Position numbers and translations under genes: made by a program
NCBI RefSeq assembly: GCF_022045235.1
Contig: NW_027266341.1
Span: 55,614,001 to 55,678,000, forward strand
Origin: Haliotis cracherodii
Lineage: Eukaryota
Direction of reading: 5' to 3'
Length of the DNA stretch: 64,000 bases
Shown: positions 26,952 to 40,368 of the stretch, in pieces
Layout of the letters: each line of letters begins with the position of its first letter
Numbering within the stretch: position 1 is the first letter of the stretch
Notes under the pieces: generated by a model
What the model was told of the DNA's origin: nothing
What the model saw: the letters and a program-made list of their open reading frames with translations, nothing else
The model's database searches: none

Positions 26952-27939
26952 ATGAATACAAGGCTTCACATTCAAGGTATTTAAGATCACAATTATTCCA
27001 CTTAACAGTATTAAGATGTTAAATTAGACGTGAAATTGGTCGTTGTTAGGCAGCTGTATCGGGACTGAAGATGGCGGCCGCCATTTGCAATTGTCTTAAC
27101 TGAACATTTTAGATTGTAAACTTGACATGTGGTGCTCAGATGATACCTGTTCGTACATTATAGTGTCGGGCGATGTAGTACAGATGTAAGATAACCTGTA
27201 TTACGTGAAAAGCAGCTGTTTGGCCCATTTTATTGGTTAAATGTCGTCTTGCAGCACAGCCTGTAACCCTACATACACTTGGAGTTCGAGGTGTCAAAGG
27301 GCCGAGGTCGAGTGACATACTGTAGCTGTCAGAAGTCGTAAATTGTGATTTTTTGAACGTAGCCGTCGGCGTACATTTAACTGAGCCTAGCTTTCGTTTT
27401 TCTTTTTCAGCTCGGGAGGACATAATTCGCTATTATGGCACTCCTGCGGCTGTGAGTTTGTGGCCGTCTCAGGATGAGGAGTCCGACTGTGTATGTATAA
27501 TTTTACATGCCCTCCCTGTAAATTCCTCCGTCTAGTTTAGCTGATTTGTTGCACATTAAGTCTGCCCAGTCCCTATAATAAAGTGTGATTCGTTTTCTTT
27601 GCAAAAGTATCCCGTTTTTCTGTCTGACCTGACTTCCTTTGTCCTTCCCTCCGTCCCCTCGATGTGTAGCGTTCCCTGGCTGTGTCCCCTTCCCGTTGTC
27701 CCGACCCCCTGAGCGTCTTCACTCCGTTCTGGGCCCGCCCTGTCTACGGTGAGACGCTCCCCGCCCCCGTCACCATCAACCACGCTGATTACTATCCTGC
27801 CCCAAGTAACGATGATGACAGTGACTACTGGGTGTACGAGGACGAGGACGACCACAGCTTTGTGGATGACAGAGAGATTCATCCCTTTAGAAAGGCGCTG
27901 ACGAGAGCGGCTGCCTTCTTTAGGAAGATCTTCTCTTAG
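26952..27939 (+). CDS. Array gene copy 5 (26952-26976, 27411-27490, 27670-27939)
   Basis: Same structure; ORF intact. Confidence 0.58.
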
Positions 27940-28047
27940 ACTCCTTTATCCTTTTAATGTCTGAATGTGTGCAAGTGAGTGAATGAATGAGCAGGTTTGT
28001 ATGTATGTGTGCGTTTGTGTGAGAGTAAATATAAGATTGAATGAGCA

Positions 28048-28078
<31 letters not shown>

Positions 28079-29180
28079 CAGAGAGAGACAGAGAGAGGCT
28101 GAATGAATATGTATGTTTGTGTGTGTGTGTATTGTGTGCGTGTAAGAGTAAATGAAAGATTGAATTATCATGTCTGTCTGTATGCATGTATGTGTGTATG
28201 TGTGTGTGAGTGTTTGTGTATGAGTGTGAGAGAGTGAATGAGCATGTACGTATGATGTGTGTATGTATGTGTGAGAGGGAGAGTGTATATTGTGTATATA
28301 TGTTAGAGATGAGAGCTGGAGAGAATGAAGAANNNNNNNNNNNNNNNNNNNNNNNNNNNNNNNNNNNNNNNNNNNNNNNNNNNNNNNNNNNNNNNNNNNN
28401 NNNNNNNNNNNNNNNNNNNNNNNNNNNNNNNNNNNNNNNNNNNNNNNNNNNNNNNNNNNNNNNNNNNNNNNNNNTTTGGCGTATTTTTAGGCTCACAGTT
28501 TTGGCCCAACTTTCAGTTTCCTTTTGGCAAACATCTTGGCTTATTAGCATGGCACAAGACCATACTTTCTATACAATTTTGGCCCGTTTTTGGATCTCCC
28601 TTGAGGCATACTACTTTCGACTTTCGGTCATCTGAATAAATGTTTCTGTAATGTATACACAAGTTGTTTGTTTTCTCTACAGTGTTTCTTCCTTACAGCT
28701 AATAATATGTGGGTGACAGCAGCATCGCAATATTGGCATATGCCCAAATCCTAGGGTTTCCGAACATGAGACATAAATTCATATGGATATTGTTAAAAAG
28801 TGAATGTTGCCCCTATATTGCTGTGCTGCTGTGTCCCAGTTTCATGATCTGCACTTAGCAGAAGATTTCTAAGTAGGTGGGGTTACCTTAAGATCAGACA
28901 CTTCTAAATGTTTATGTGGCGACAATTGTGACACGGGATATTCTCTGAGGACAGCTCTCTGACACTTTGTTATCTGGAATAATTTTTTTATTCCAATATA
29001 ATAGCTCATCGTTTCTAATGTAACAATAATTGTGGCTTCCTTTTAAAGGAGTGCGAATCGAGAATTGCCTTCTCTAAAACACAAGTGTCGCCACATGGGA
29101 TATATTACGAGCACTTCACCCAACTAATAGCAGTAGTCGGACAAGGGATTGAGAGTGATCTCCCTTCGCCCCAGTCAATA

Positions 29181-29712
29181 CAAGCTCCTTCCCAGCGCGT
29201 GACACCTTCGTTACACTCTCGGTAACATCGCTGCCACCAGTGTGGGCGCGGCCATTTCAAGAATCTTGAAATTTGCCCTCCAACCCCATATGTAGTAACG
29301 TTTATACTTTTTTTTATGTCTCTGGGAATGCCATCATATTTCAATTTGAAAAGGTTTACGACTGACCATGTTTTCCAGATGAATTCACTTTGTTGTTTTG
29401 ATAATCAGATTGGTTCGAGATTGCAGACTAACGGAAAATCAACCAACTTCTCCCTTACATTCTTACTATATCAATAACACGATAGTTTTAATGAAACAGA
29501 AATTCAAATTGACAAACGAAGAAAGTAATTTAGCAGCGATAAGTGTATTCGGCGTCACGACAGTCGTCACTTGTTTGTAAACATAACGGTCATTCGGTTG
29601 CGAGTTCAACTCCAAGCATGGTTGTGGCCACCTATTCACAGTGGGGAGTTTTGACTGGTGGCAGCGATAGTATAGAGAGCTCCGGGAACGTACTATCGCT
29701 GTGAGGAGCTTG
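29181..29712. mobile_element. 532-bp non-autonomous DNA transposon (MITE, MULE-like) inserted in one array unit
   Basis: TIRs CAAGCTCCTTCCCAGCG / CGCTGTGAGGAGCTTG; 9-bp TSD CAGTCAATA (29172-29180, 29713-29721); empty site in the five other copies of this segment. Confidence 0.9.
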
Positions 29713-31008
29713 CAGTCAATATTGGGTTCCACTCGTCTCATCATTATGGCTTTACAGGAGTCGACCTCACTGCTGGTCCTTTGGCCCGTGGTCTTCAGAT
29801 ATTGCAGAGGGCATGCTTTTATACATAGGCCGAGGCCAGGCGCAAGTAGAAAGCCTATACTGACACCTACTCGTATGCAAGAGTAGATTGATGTATATAT
29901 ATATATGACGTAATATTCGTATCTTGCATTCTACAAAAATACCTAAATAATACAAGGGGTCTGAATTCTACCCCTGTACGTCCACATCAGCGTTTTCAAA
30001 ATGGGACGGTCAATAGGATTTCTCTGACTGTGAGAGTGTGGGTGGCTAGGACTTTTTCAGAAAATAAATATATTGTCTCCGAAATTGATTGAAAACTAAT
30101 TATGCTTCCATCTGTTGGACAAAAAGAACATGTCAGCCACCAAAAATACGTTGTTGCAAGGTGGGATTTTGAACAAATGTTTTATTAAGGCTCATAATTT
30201 TAGCTGATTTTGCATTTGTAGCTGAAAAATATCTAGTCTCCATACAAAATCCAAGGTCGCCCACTCCCCCTTCCAACAGAACATGAAATGGTCGGCCCCT
30301 TAGGCCTAGTATAGTAATAACCAATATGCTTGTCAGTTATCTTTCCCTCCTATTAGCTATTTTCTGTGGTCGTCGTTTTTCCAGATTAGAAATCAAACCA
30401 AATAAGAACTGTCGCTGCACACGTTGGTATTTACCAGTACCATTTAACTTTTATTTTATCCCTGTAGGCTAGGGAATAATTCCCCAATCCCACTTGGATT
30501 ATCAGAGATGGGCATTCTTACTAGCCTGCTAGCCCGTGTCAGTCTGTCGAATGTAAAATGTATTGTGAAGGCTGGTATAATAGACAGTCGTTATATGGTA
30601 TCGCTATTCGACCTAGCAAACGTTTAAGGTTAATGTCTACAAGAGATGATCCATATCAAAGTGAACAACATTCACCCTGTTTCGAGTAATGGAGGCACGA
30701 AAAACACCCAGTTTCACCTGCACAATGTTTTGAAACTGATGTAGGCAACGTTTCAGTTGTAAGTCACAACTTAATCCCGGTGTTCAGACGAAATAAAACC
30801 GGCAGTTTCACCCTCGGCAATGCCATTAGGCTTGACCACGCCGGAAGCTGGCGATGAGCCTCGTTCTGACTCCTGGAACTCCGTAACGTAGTTACCGTTG
30901 CCGTTATCGACGTCCCTTCTGTTTTCAACAGAAAAACGATCGCTTTTGCTCCGCTGACCTCTACGTTTTGCTAACTGCTGTATCATTCCAAGTGTTTCTT
31001 CTTCCAAG

Positions 31009-31996
31009 ATGAATACAAGGCTTCACATTCAAGGTATTTAAGATCACAATTATTCCACTTAACTGTATTAAGATGTTAAATTAGACGTGAAATTGGTCGT
31101 TGTTAGGCAGCTGTATCGGGACTGAAGATGGCGGCCGCCATTTGCAATTGTCTTAACTGAACATTTTAGATTGTAAACTTGACATGTGGTGCTCAGATGA
31201 TACCTGTTCGTACATTATAGTGTCGGGCGATGTAGTACAGATGTAAGATAACCTGTATTACGTGAAAAGCAGCTGTTTGGCCCATTTTATTGGTTAAATG
31301 TCGTCTTGCAGCACAGCCTGTAACCCTACATACACTTGGAGTTCGAGGTGTCAAAGGGCCGAGGTCGAGTGACATACTGTAGCTGTCAGAAGTCGTAAAT
31401 TGTGATTTTTTGAACGTAGCCGTCGGCGTACATTTAACTGAGCCTAGCTTTCGTTTTTCTTTTTCAGCTCGGGAGGACATAATTCGCTATTATGGCACTC
31501 CTGCGGCTGTGAGTTTGTGGCCGTCTCAGGATGAGGAGTCCGACTGTGTATGTATAATTTTACATGCCCTCCCTGTAAATTCCTCCGTCTAGTTTAGCCG
31601 ATTTGTTGCACATTAAGTCTGCCCAGTCCCTATAATAAAGTGTAATTCGTTTTCTTTGCCAAAGTATCCCGTTTTTCTGTCTGACCTGACTTCCTTTGTC
31701 CCTCCCTCCACCCCATCGATGTGTAGCGTTCCCTGGCTGTGTCCCCTTCCCGTTGTCCCGACCCCCTGAGCGTCTTCACTCCGTTCTGGGCCCGCCCTGT
31801 TTACGGTGAGACGCTCCCCGCCCCCGTCACCATCAACCACGCTGATTACTATCCTGCCCCAAGTAACGATGATGACAGTGACTACTGGGTGTACGAGGAC
31901 GAGGACGACCACAGCTTTGTGGATGACAGAGAGATTCATCCCTTTAGAAAGGCGCTGACGAGAGCGGCTGCCTTCTTTAGGAAGATCTTCTCTTAG
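31009..31996 (+). CDS. Array gene copy 6 (31009-31033, 31468-31547, 31727-31996)
   Basis: Same structure; ORF intact. Confidence 0.58.
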
Positions 31997-32105
31997 ACTC
32001 CTTTATCCTTTTAATGTCTGAATGTGTGCAAGTGAGTGAATGAATGAGCAGGTTTGTATGTATGTGTGCGTTTGTGTGAGAGTAAATATAAGATTGAATG
32101 AGCAT

Positions 32106-32141
<36 letters not shown>

Positions 32142-32398
32142 AAGAGAGAGACAGAGAGAGGCTGAATGAATATGTATGTTTGTGTGTGTGTGTATTGTGC
32201 GTGTAAGAGTAAATGAAAGATTGAATTATCATGTCTGTCTGTATGCATGTATGTGTGTATGTGTGTGTGAGTGTTTGTGTGTGAGTGTGAGAGAGTGAAT
32301 GAGCATGTATGTATGATGTGTGAGAGGGAGAGTGTATATTGTGTATATATGTTAGAGATGAGAGCTGGAGTGAATGAACGAGCCTACATGTATGTGTG

Positions 32399-32454
<56 letters not shown>

Positions 32455-34389
32455 CCATTCCAGTGTATTTTTGGCGTATTTTTAGGCTCACAGTTTTGGC
32501 CCAACTTTCAGTTTCCTTTTGGCAAACCTCTTGGCTTATTAGCATGGCACAAGACCATACTTTCTATACAATTTTGGCCCGTTTTTGGATCTCCCTTGAG
32601 GCATATTACTTTCGACTTTCGGTCATCTGAATAAATGTTTCTGTAATGTATACACAAGTTGTTTGTTTTCTCTACAGTGTTTCTTCCTTACAGCTAATAA
32701 TATGTGGGTGACAGCAGCATCGCAATATTGGCATATGCCCAAATCCTAGGGTTTCCGAACATGAGACATAAATTCATATGGATATTGTTAAAAAGTGAAT
32801 GTTGCCCCTATATTGCTGTGCTGCTGTGTCCCAGTTTCATGATCTGCACTTAGCAGAAGATTTCTAAGTAGGTGGGGTTACCTTAAGCTTAGACACTTCT
32901 AAATGTTTATGTGGCGACAATTGTGACACGATATATTCTCTGAGGACAGCTCTCTGACACTTTGTTATCTGGAATAATTTTTTTATTCCAATATAATATC
33001 TCATCATTTCTAATGTAACAATAATTGTGGCTTCCTTTTAAAGGAGTGCGAATCGAGAATTGCCTTCTGTAAAACACAAGTGTCGCCACATGGGATATAT
33101 TACGAGCACTTCACCCAACTAATAGCAGTAGTCGGACAAGGGATTGAGAGTGATCTCCCTTCGCCCCAGTCAATATTGGGTTCCACTCGTCTCATCATTA
33201 TGGCTTTACAGGAGTCGACCTCACTGCTGGTCCTTTGGCCCGTGGTCTTCAGATATTGCAGAGGGCATGCTTTTATACATAGGCCGAGGCCAGGCGCAAG
33301 TAGAAAGCCTATACTGACACCTACTCGTATGCAAGAGTAGATTGATGTATATATATGACGTAATATTCGTATCTTGCATTCTACAAATATACCTAAATAG
33401 TACAAGGGGTCTGAATTCTACCCCTGTACGTCCACATCAGCGTTTTCAAAATGGGACGGTCAATAGGATTTCTCTGACTGTGAGTGTGTGGGTGGCTAGG
33501 ATTTTTTCAGAAAATAAATATATTGTCTCCGAAATTGATTGAAAACTAATTTTGCTTTTAGTAATATTCCAGCAATATGGAGGGGGGCTCCAGAAAGTGG
33601 CTTCACATATTGTACCCATGTGGGGAATTGAACCCTGGTCTTTGGCCTGAAGGCGAACACTTTAACCACTAGGCTACCCCCACTGCGCCAAAGGGAGGAA
33701 GAACAATTGTTTTTATTATGTGGAGAACTTTGGCATACATGTTTCTTCTTATGATTACATATAGTATCACTGCTGCAGAAAACATTTGAATATCAATGAT
33801 GACAGTAACTTTTACTCAGTAGCTGTCTTTGTGTTTTTAGCTATTGAATACATGGTGAGTGACCTGTGACATGGCACTAATGTCTGTGTACATCCTTGTA
33901 TGCTAACCATGTGTTGTATCCTGATCATGTGTCTTCACATCCTGACTTTGGGATTGCTCACCCTTTCGTCACCAGATCAGTTCCCGACACGAAATCACAT
34001 GCTGCCATGATACAGCAGTGAGAGTGCTAGTAGTGGGATCACACACAAATGTATGATGATTTTTCACTACTCGATAGAAGTATAGGTCACAGCTGCACAC
34101 CAAGAAACAAATATTGATTCTCACCTAAAAAGGGTGGCTAAATAAATGTTACACCAAACACTAATAAGTAGTGGAAACTTAAATACTTGACACTGCCAAC
34201 TGTAAATCATCAGTGTGCCAGTGATCGGCCATCCTGTCTAGGGAAAAAGATGGCTTACCCCAACAGATAAGCACCAGCAAGTATCGTGATTCATATTGGA
34301 TCGTAAGCAACGTATCGTGATACGTATTCGGCCATCCTGTCTATGAAAAAGATGGCTTACACACCACAGATAAGCACAAACAAGTATCG

Positions 34390-34695
34390 GGTGAGGTGAA
34401 ATGGGGTTTAACGTCCAAGATTATTGCACTTATATAGCGACGTGCATGTACGTGTGTGTGTTTGTGTGGCTGCTTGTACTAGTCTGGACTGATGCCAATT
34501 TATAGTGCTAGCTCACTGAGATACCATGCCACAGTTTAACATAAATACCCCACTCAGACACAGTATACTGACTCCGGGTCGACCAGTCCTTGTTTTAGCC
34601 CCTTAATGCCGAGCGCCAGACAGGGTAACAACAAGTACCATCTTTTAACCTTCCGCTCTGGGGGGACGCTCTACCACTAGACCACGGAGGCGGTC
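34390..34695 (-). mobile_element. SINE family D (tRNA A-box head, (TCACC)n tail); second copy 46243-46552
   Basis: Minus strand starts GACCGCCTCCGTGGTCTAGTGGTAGAGCG. Two dispersed similar copies, plus a fragment around 36286-36840. Confidence 0.78.
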
Positions 34696-36322
34696 AGCAA
34701 GTATCGTGGTACATACTGGATCGTGAGCAAAGGTATCCTGATCGGATCACAGATGGTGTATTGCTCCAGCCCTCAAATTGCCGACTTCCACATTAAAAGA
34801 ATAGAAGACAAGATTGCAAAGAAGTATATGGTTTACTATGTACATAGTTTACACACAGTGGGCAGAAGGGAGTCTAATGTACTCTCCTGGTTCTCTATTG
34901 GCTCTGTACAAATCAACTCTAATCTCTCATCACTAACATCTTAGAAGCAGCAAGTTAGTCATGAACAACACTTGACTGTGGAGGACAAATGTATATTAGA
35001 AAACACAACCTATCTCACCTTGTCCTATCAGCCCTCAACTAACAACCATTGGTAGCTGGGTGCTTCCATTGTTTAATCACGGAGTAACTCCAACACAAGG
35101 TGGGCGGGATACATATACTCAAACACCTAAAAAACACAACAGTATCATTTGCCTAACAAATTATATTTATACATCAGAAGCTTCCGAGGTGTTTTGAACT
35201 TTTTCTGTAGTACTGGTACATGTTATTTCACAAGAAAAGATTCTTGATCTTCAAATTTATTCAATTTATTTTACTGATGGTCACTCAAAACCATTGTCAA
35301 GACTGAAAGTAGTTCCGACCTGAAATGTTACTTCATGTGATTAAAATGATGATTTCAGATTTTCAGATAAAAATACCATTTCATCCCTAAATACCTTATA
35401 AATGTTTAGTTGGTGTTGAGTTACAGGGTTACAGTATATCTTTTTGTAATAACCATCTTGGAGTCCTAATTCTGTATACATGCATTCCAAACAAAACTCA
35501 TTCAATGCCTACACAAATCTCTACGAGGATACCTTGGTAATGGTGTATTTAACTGGCAGTGAGAAGTGCTGATGTAATGTACATACCATACATGTGTTCA
35601 TAATTACAGCCTCAAACTGAGGCTGTGCTCAACTGGCATTAATGAGTTATCTCCCTTAGGGAGCCATGATATAAAGCCATGATCAAATTCCAGAGTTGTG
35701 TGTGCTAAAACTAAAACTGAATTCAGATAAAATCAAACAGGAAATAAAGCCTTGATGTTGACATAAATATTTTAGATACATGGCAAGCTCATGACCCAAA
35801 TTTAAAGGTCCCCCCAAATTTGAGTGAGTTGGGTTTAATGCTGCTTTGAATTGTTCTTCAGTCATATCATGGTATGACAGATTGATATGGGAAGAAAGCC
35901 TGAGGTGATCCAGATCTTAGACGTTTATCACTTTACTGAAACCCTAGCTGACAGCTACAATCATGGGGTCCTCCAGTCAAGACATGACAGTAGGGTGATG
36001 TCCCATTTCCATCCATATTTTCCCATTCAGATCAGTTTTAACCAGGAAACCCTGCATCCCATGGCAACCCTGAAGGCAAATAAATACTTTTCTCATGACT
36101 TGGGATTTAACTGAACCGTAAACATTTTCTAGCCTGAATTGTGCTAATATATGTGGATGCCCTTGGGTTAATTTAACATGAGACAAAGTGATTTTGGCCA
36201 GCAGGATGGTGCTGAGGTGTATTCCTCTTTATGACCCGTGTACTTAGGATGCCTCATGTATTCCAAAGTCCTCGTAGATATTACAGGGTGGGGTGAATAA
36301 ACATGGGGTTTAATGTTGCACT

Positions 36323-36790
36323 CAATCTCATTAAAATCAGACCTTAGTTCTCGCTACCGCTAAACACAGGTCTGAGGACATCCCATTACGGGTCACTTCA
36401 GACCAACCAATGGAATGACCAATCAGAAACCAGCTTTCTCGTGCTTTACGGCACAAATTTCAAATTGGCGACTATGCTTCGAAACATATTTTGACAAATT
36501 CTCGATTACAAATTTGAAACCTGAACAAAAAAACATTCTGGAATGACTAATAGATGGTCTAGAATGTAAGGATTCAGTCGTTAAACCCGTAACTATCGTT
36601 CGAAATACCCCATGTTAAAGTTTTCGAGATTGCATGATTAGAAATCACATTCCGACAGTCACTTTCATAATCTGGTAAGCGACGCACTGATTGGTCGGAT
36701 GAAAGGTCGTTCTGACGTGACCCCTAATGGGATGTCTTCAGATCTTTGTTTAGCGGTAGCGAGAACCAGGATCTAATTTTAATGAGATTG
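36323..36790. mobile_element. MULE-like MITE with ~80-bp TIRs (CAATCTCATTAAAATCAGA...)
   Basis: Long TIRs; 10-bp flanking repeat atgttgcact/acgttgcact; interrupts a family D SINE fragment. Confidence 0.85.
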
Positions 36791-38151
36791 ACGTTGCACT
36801 CAAAGCGACATGCATGTGTGTGGCTGCTTGTACTAGACCACAGGTGCAGGGGTGATACAGTATCAGTGACTCCAGTACACAGACACAGCGCCATCTGTAA
36901 ATACCCATGACTCCCTTCACAAATCCAAATAATCCCTGCATTGTAATAAATAACACAAGTGAATGAGGGATGCCAGACAATGAATGATATCAGCCATTAA
37001 CCTTGTCAACATGACAGGTTTCTCAGTAAAACACTAAAAAATGAAAAAAGAGTATTTTGTAATCATAAACCCTACACAATTGCATAACAAACATTTTCAA
37101 CATGAAACAAAGTATAACACATGGTTTATATTCACTGGCTCACTGTTGTCAATGGAGAACTGAATACCTGTCTCTGATTACCACTCATCAGCTGCTAAGG
37201 ATATGAGTGAGTGAGTGAGTGAGTGAGTGAGTGAGTATGGTTTTACGCCGCTTGTTGCAATATTCCAGCAATATCACGGCGGGGGACACCAGAAATGGGC
37301 TTCACACATTGTACCCATGTCGGGAATCGAACCCGGGTCTTCAGCATNNNNNNNNNNNNNNNNNNNNNNNNNNNNNNNNNNNNNNNNNNNNNNNNNNNNN
37401 NNNNNNNNNNNNNNNNNNNNNNNNNNNNNNNNNNNNNNNNNNNNNNNNNNNNNNNNNNNNNNNNNNNNNNNNNNNNNNNNNCTTTTAACAGTATTCCAGT
37501 TATATCACGGCGTGTCAGCTTAATGTGGGAGGAAAGCCCGAAGTGATGCAAGTCTCAGACGTATTGGAGGATGACTATGGCGTCTGCCCATGAAGAAGTT
37601 GGATCTCTGTTGAGTGTGAGTGTGAGCGTTTGTTTCTTGTTTAATGCCGCCCACTGCCATATTTCAGCATCCATGGGACACGACAACAACCATGGTACAT
37701 GCAATCAACCAGGTCACCGAGCTTGACCATCAGATCCATTTTGTTGCTTCTTATGACAAGCAAAGGTTGCTGGCACCTATATTCCTCTAGGTTTTTACTT
37801 TACTGGTATTCAGTCACATCTAAATTATTGTTATAAGGTGGGAGAAAAGCTAAAGGCTATTCTTGTCTTGTTGAAACCCCTCAGTGAATATGAATGAGTG
37901 AGTGGATGTTGACGATATAAGGTGAATATATATTTTGTTTTACACATTTGCCAACCAACTATTTAAAAAAGAATTGTAATAGTATACATACTTATGAATA
38001 AATATATATTTGTAAACTGCCCTATGTTGCCGACTGTATGTGTAAATATATGTATATTGATATACATGTATACTACTGATGAGGTAAAAGTGATTCTAAT
38101 CACACTGGCCTCACACGTCAGCACAGGTAGAATCAGCAGTGATTTTCCTAT

Positions 38152-38745
38152 TGAATGCTACTGCATTTACATAACCTGACTCTTGAATGCTGCAGCAGAA
38201 ACATAACCTGACTCTTGAATGCTGCAGCAGTAACAACCTTATTGTTGAATGCTAAAGCAGTAAAATAACCTTATTGTTGAATGCTGCAGCAGAAACATAA
38301 CCTGACTCTTAAATGCTGCAGCAGTAACATAACCTTCTTGTTGAATGCTGCAGCAGTAACATAACCTTATTGTTGAAAGCTGCAGCAGTAACATAACCTT
38401 ACTCTTGAATGCTGCAGGAGTAACATAACCTGACTCTTGAATGCTGCAGCAGTAAAATAACCTGACTCTTGAATGCTGCAGCAGTAACATAACCTTATTA
38501 TTGAATGCTGGGGGACTAACATAACCTAACACTTGAATGCTGCGGGACTAACATAACCTTACTCTTGAATGCTGCGGGACTAACATAACCTAGCACTTGA
38601 ATGCTGCGGGACTAACATAACCTAACACTTGAATGCTGCGGGACTAACATAACCTTACTCTTGAATGCTGCAGCAGTAACATAACCTTATTGTTGAATGC
38701 TACAGCAGTAACATAACCTTATTGTTGAATGCTGCAGCAGTAATA
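38152..38745. repeat. ~32-bp minisatellite, ~18 copies
   Basis: AACATAACCTGACTCTTGAATGCTGCAGCAGT consensus with variant blocks. Confidence 0.95.
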
Positions 38746-39919
38746 TTTCCACCATTCAATCTTTCTCAGCAGCTAAAATATCCTTGAACAAAACAATGAA
38801 CTTCTGTATGATGAGAAATTCAGTTTCTGGCAGTGTTTCACAAGCCACCAGTGCATACACTAGACCTACTCATGCACTACAAGCACCAGCAGCACTGTCA
38901 GGCAGCCAGTCTCTTATTATGCCTCATTTTGTCGGCTGCTTTATTTCCCCACAAAATATATAAAAACTGCAAATCTATAAACTACTCTTATATCCATTTG
39001 ATGTATAAATGTATGTATAATGTATAACCATATAAAATATTGAATGTCTACAAGTGTGGGCAATATTTCAGAAGTATTGAAAACTATTACTGTGTAGAAT
39101 GCAGTTGTGTCTGTGCCTGGGAAACAGACTACCATATGCCTTCTATTCAGAGACCAAATCCATATTAACTTCAACTTACTGTCACGCCCAGCCCATATTA
39201 GATACAATACTTCTCTGTGTGAAGATCCGAGGACGCCTCCATGGGAGGTTGCACCAGGTGAACTTTTACAAACATCCAAACAACATTGAGGCTCCTAAAT
39301 CCTTGGTACAAGTGAGCGGAGCATTCAGACCAACTTTTCTAAAATTTCTGTTTCTTGAAAACTATTATAGACAGCGAGTTCCAAATGCAAAAAAAAATAA
39401 AAAAATCCTATCATATTACATTATTTTCTTGTAGATATTTTGTACATCCTGTCTTACCTGAGTACTATGGCATATACACCCAAACAACAAACTATCAAGG
39501 GTATATTTGTCTTCTATGGCAGATTTTGTTTGCCAAGGTTGAAATTTCTAAATTTAGGTGGTAAAAAAAAAAAGCCGAATAGTTTTAGAAAGCTGACATC
39601 TGATTGGTTCAAAAACCAACAAGTACTTATAGAAGAGTGGCGGTCGGTAATGGAGGTGTTCGCAGACCTTGACCCAGAGAGGTATTGTGGGTAAAATATC
39701 TGATTTTAATGTGATTGAAAAAAAGTTCTATGTGTGTTGTAAACAAAAAACTCACAGATGCCAACTTACCAAATGCACCACAAAACAGTCTGTAAATGTT
39801 GACTTAAAAATGGCTACAGCTGAGACACCATAAAAGGCATATCCTGAGCAAAACGAAGATAGGGACTAAAACATCAACACAATAGCACATTACAAAGGAA
39901 GTAAAGGCAAGCTCATTCA

Positions 39920-40368
39920 AATAAGATCTTAGTTCTCACTACCGCTGAACAAAGATCTGAGGACATCCCATTCCTCACGTAAAAATCTGACCAATCAGAG
40001 TATCTTTCATTCGACCAATCAGAGTGTCAGGAAAGTGACAGTCGGAATGTGTTTTCTAATCATACAACCTCTACAAATTTAACACTGGGTATTCTGAACG
40101 ACAGTGATGGGCTTTATGACTGAATCCATACAATCCAGGTCATCTATTAGCCATTCCAGAATATTCTTTTGTTCAGTTTTTAATTTTCAATCGAGAATTT
40201 ATCAAGATATGCTTTGAAGCATAGTTGCCAGATGGAAACTAGTGCCTTCTAATTGGCAAATGTCGACTCTTGTCAGTCATTCCATTGGTTGGTCAGACGT
40301 GACCTCCTGATGTCCTCAGATCTTTGTTTAGCGGTAGCGAGAACTAAGATCTGATTTTAATGAGATTG
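39920..40368. mobile_element. MULE-like MITE, same family, opposite orientation, left end eroded
   Basis: AGATCTTAGTTCTC...GAGAACTAAGATCTGATTTTAATGAGATTG. Confidence 0.8.

Larger units (their letters stand above)
13682..33553 (+). repeat. Tandem array of a ~3.48-kb unit (5 full units + partials; gaps inside)
   Basis: Identical ORF sets recur at 15873/19348/24115/27682/31739. The marker gagcacttcacccaact recurs at ~13783, 17248, 20735, 25591, 29109 and 33103. Confidence 0.97.

Noticed and set aside
13682-33553. snRNA / 5S / histone tandem cluster
   Set aside because: Unit size and GA microsatellite are reminiscent, but I found no U1, U2, U4, U5, U6, 5S, tRNA or histone sequence. ATCGCTATTCGGCCT (~14731) resembles the U2 5' end only briefly.
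38152-38745. CRISPR-like array
   Set aside because: Eukaryotic context and contiguous repeats without unique spacers; an ordinary minisatellite.
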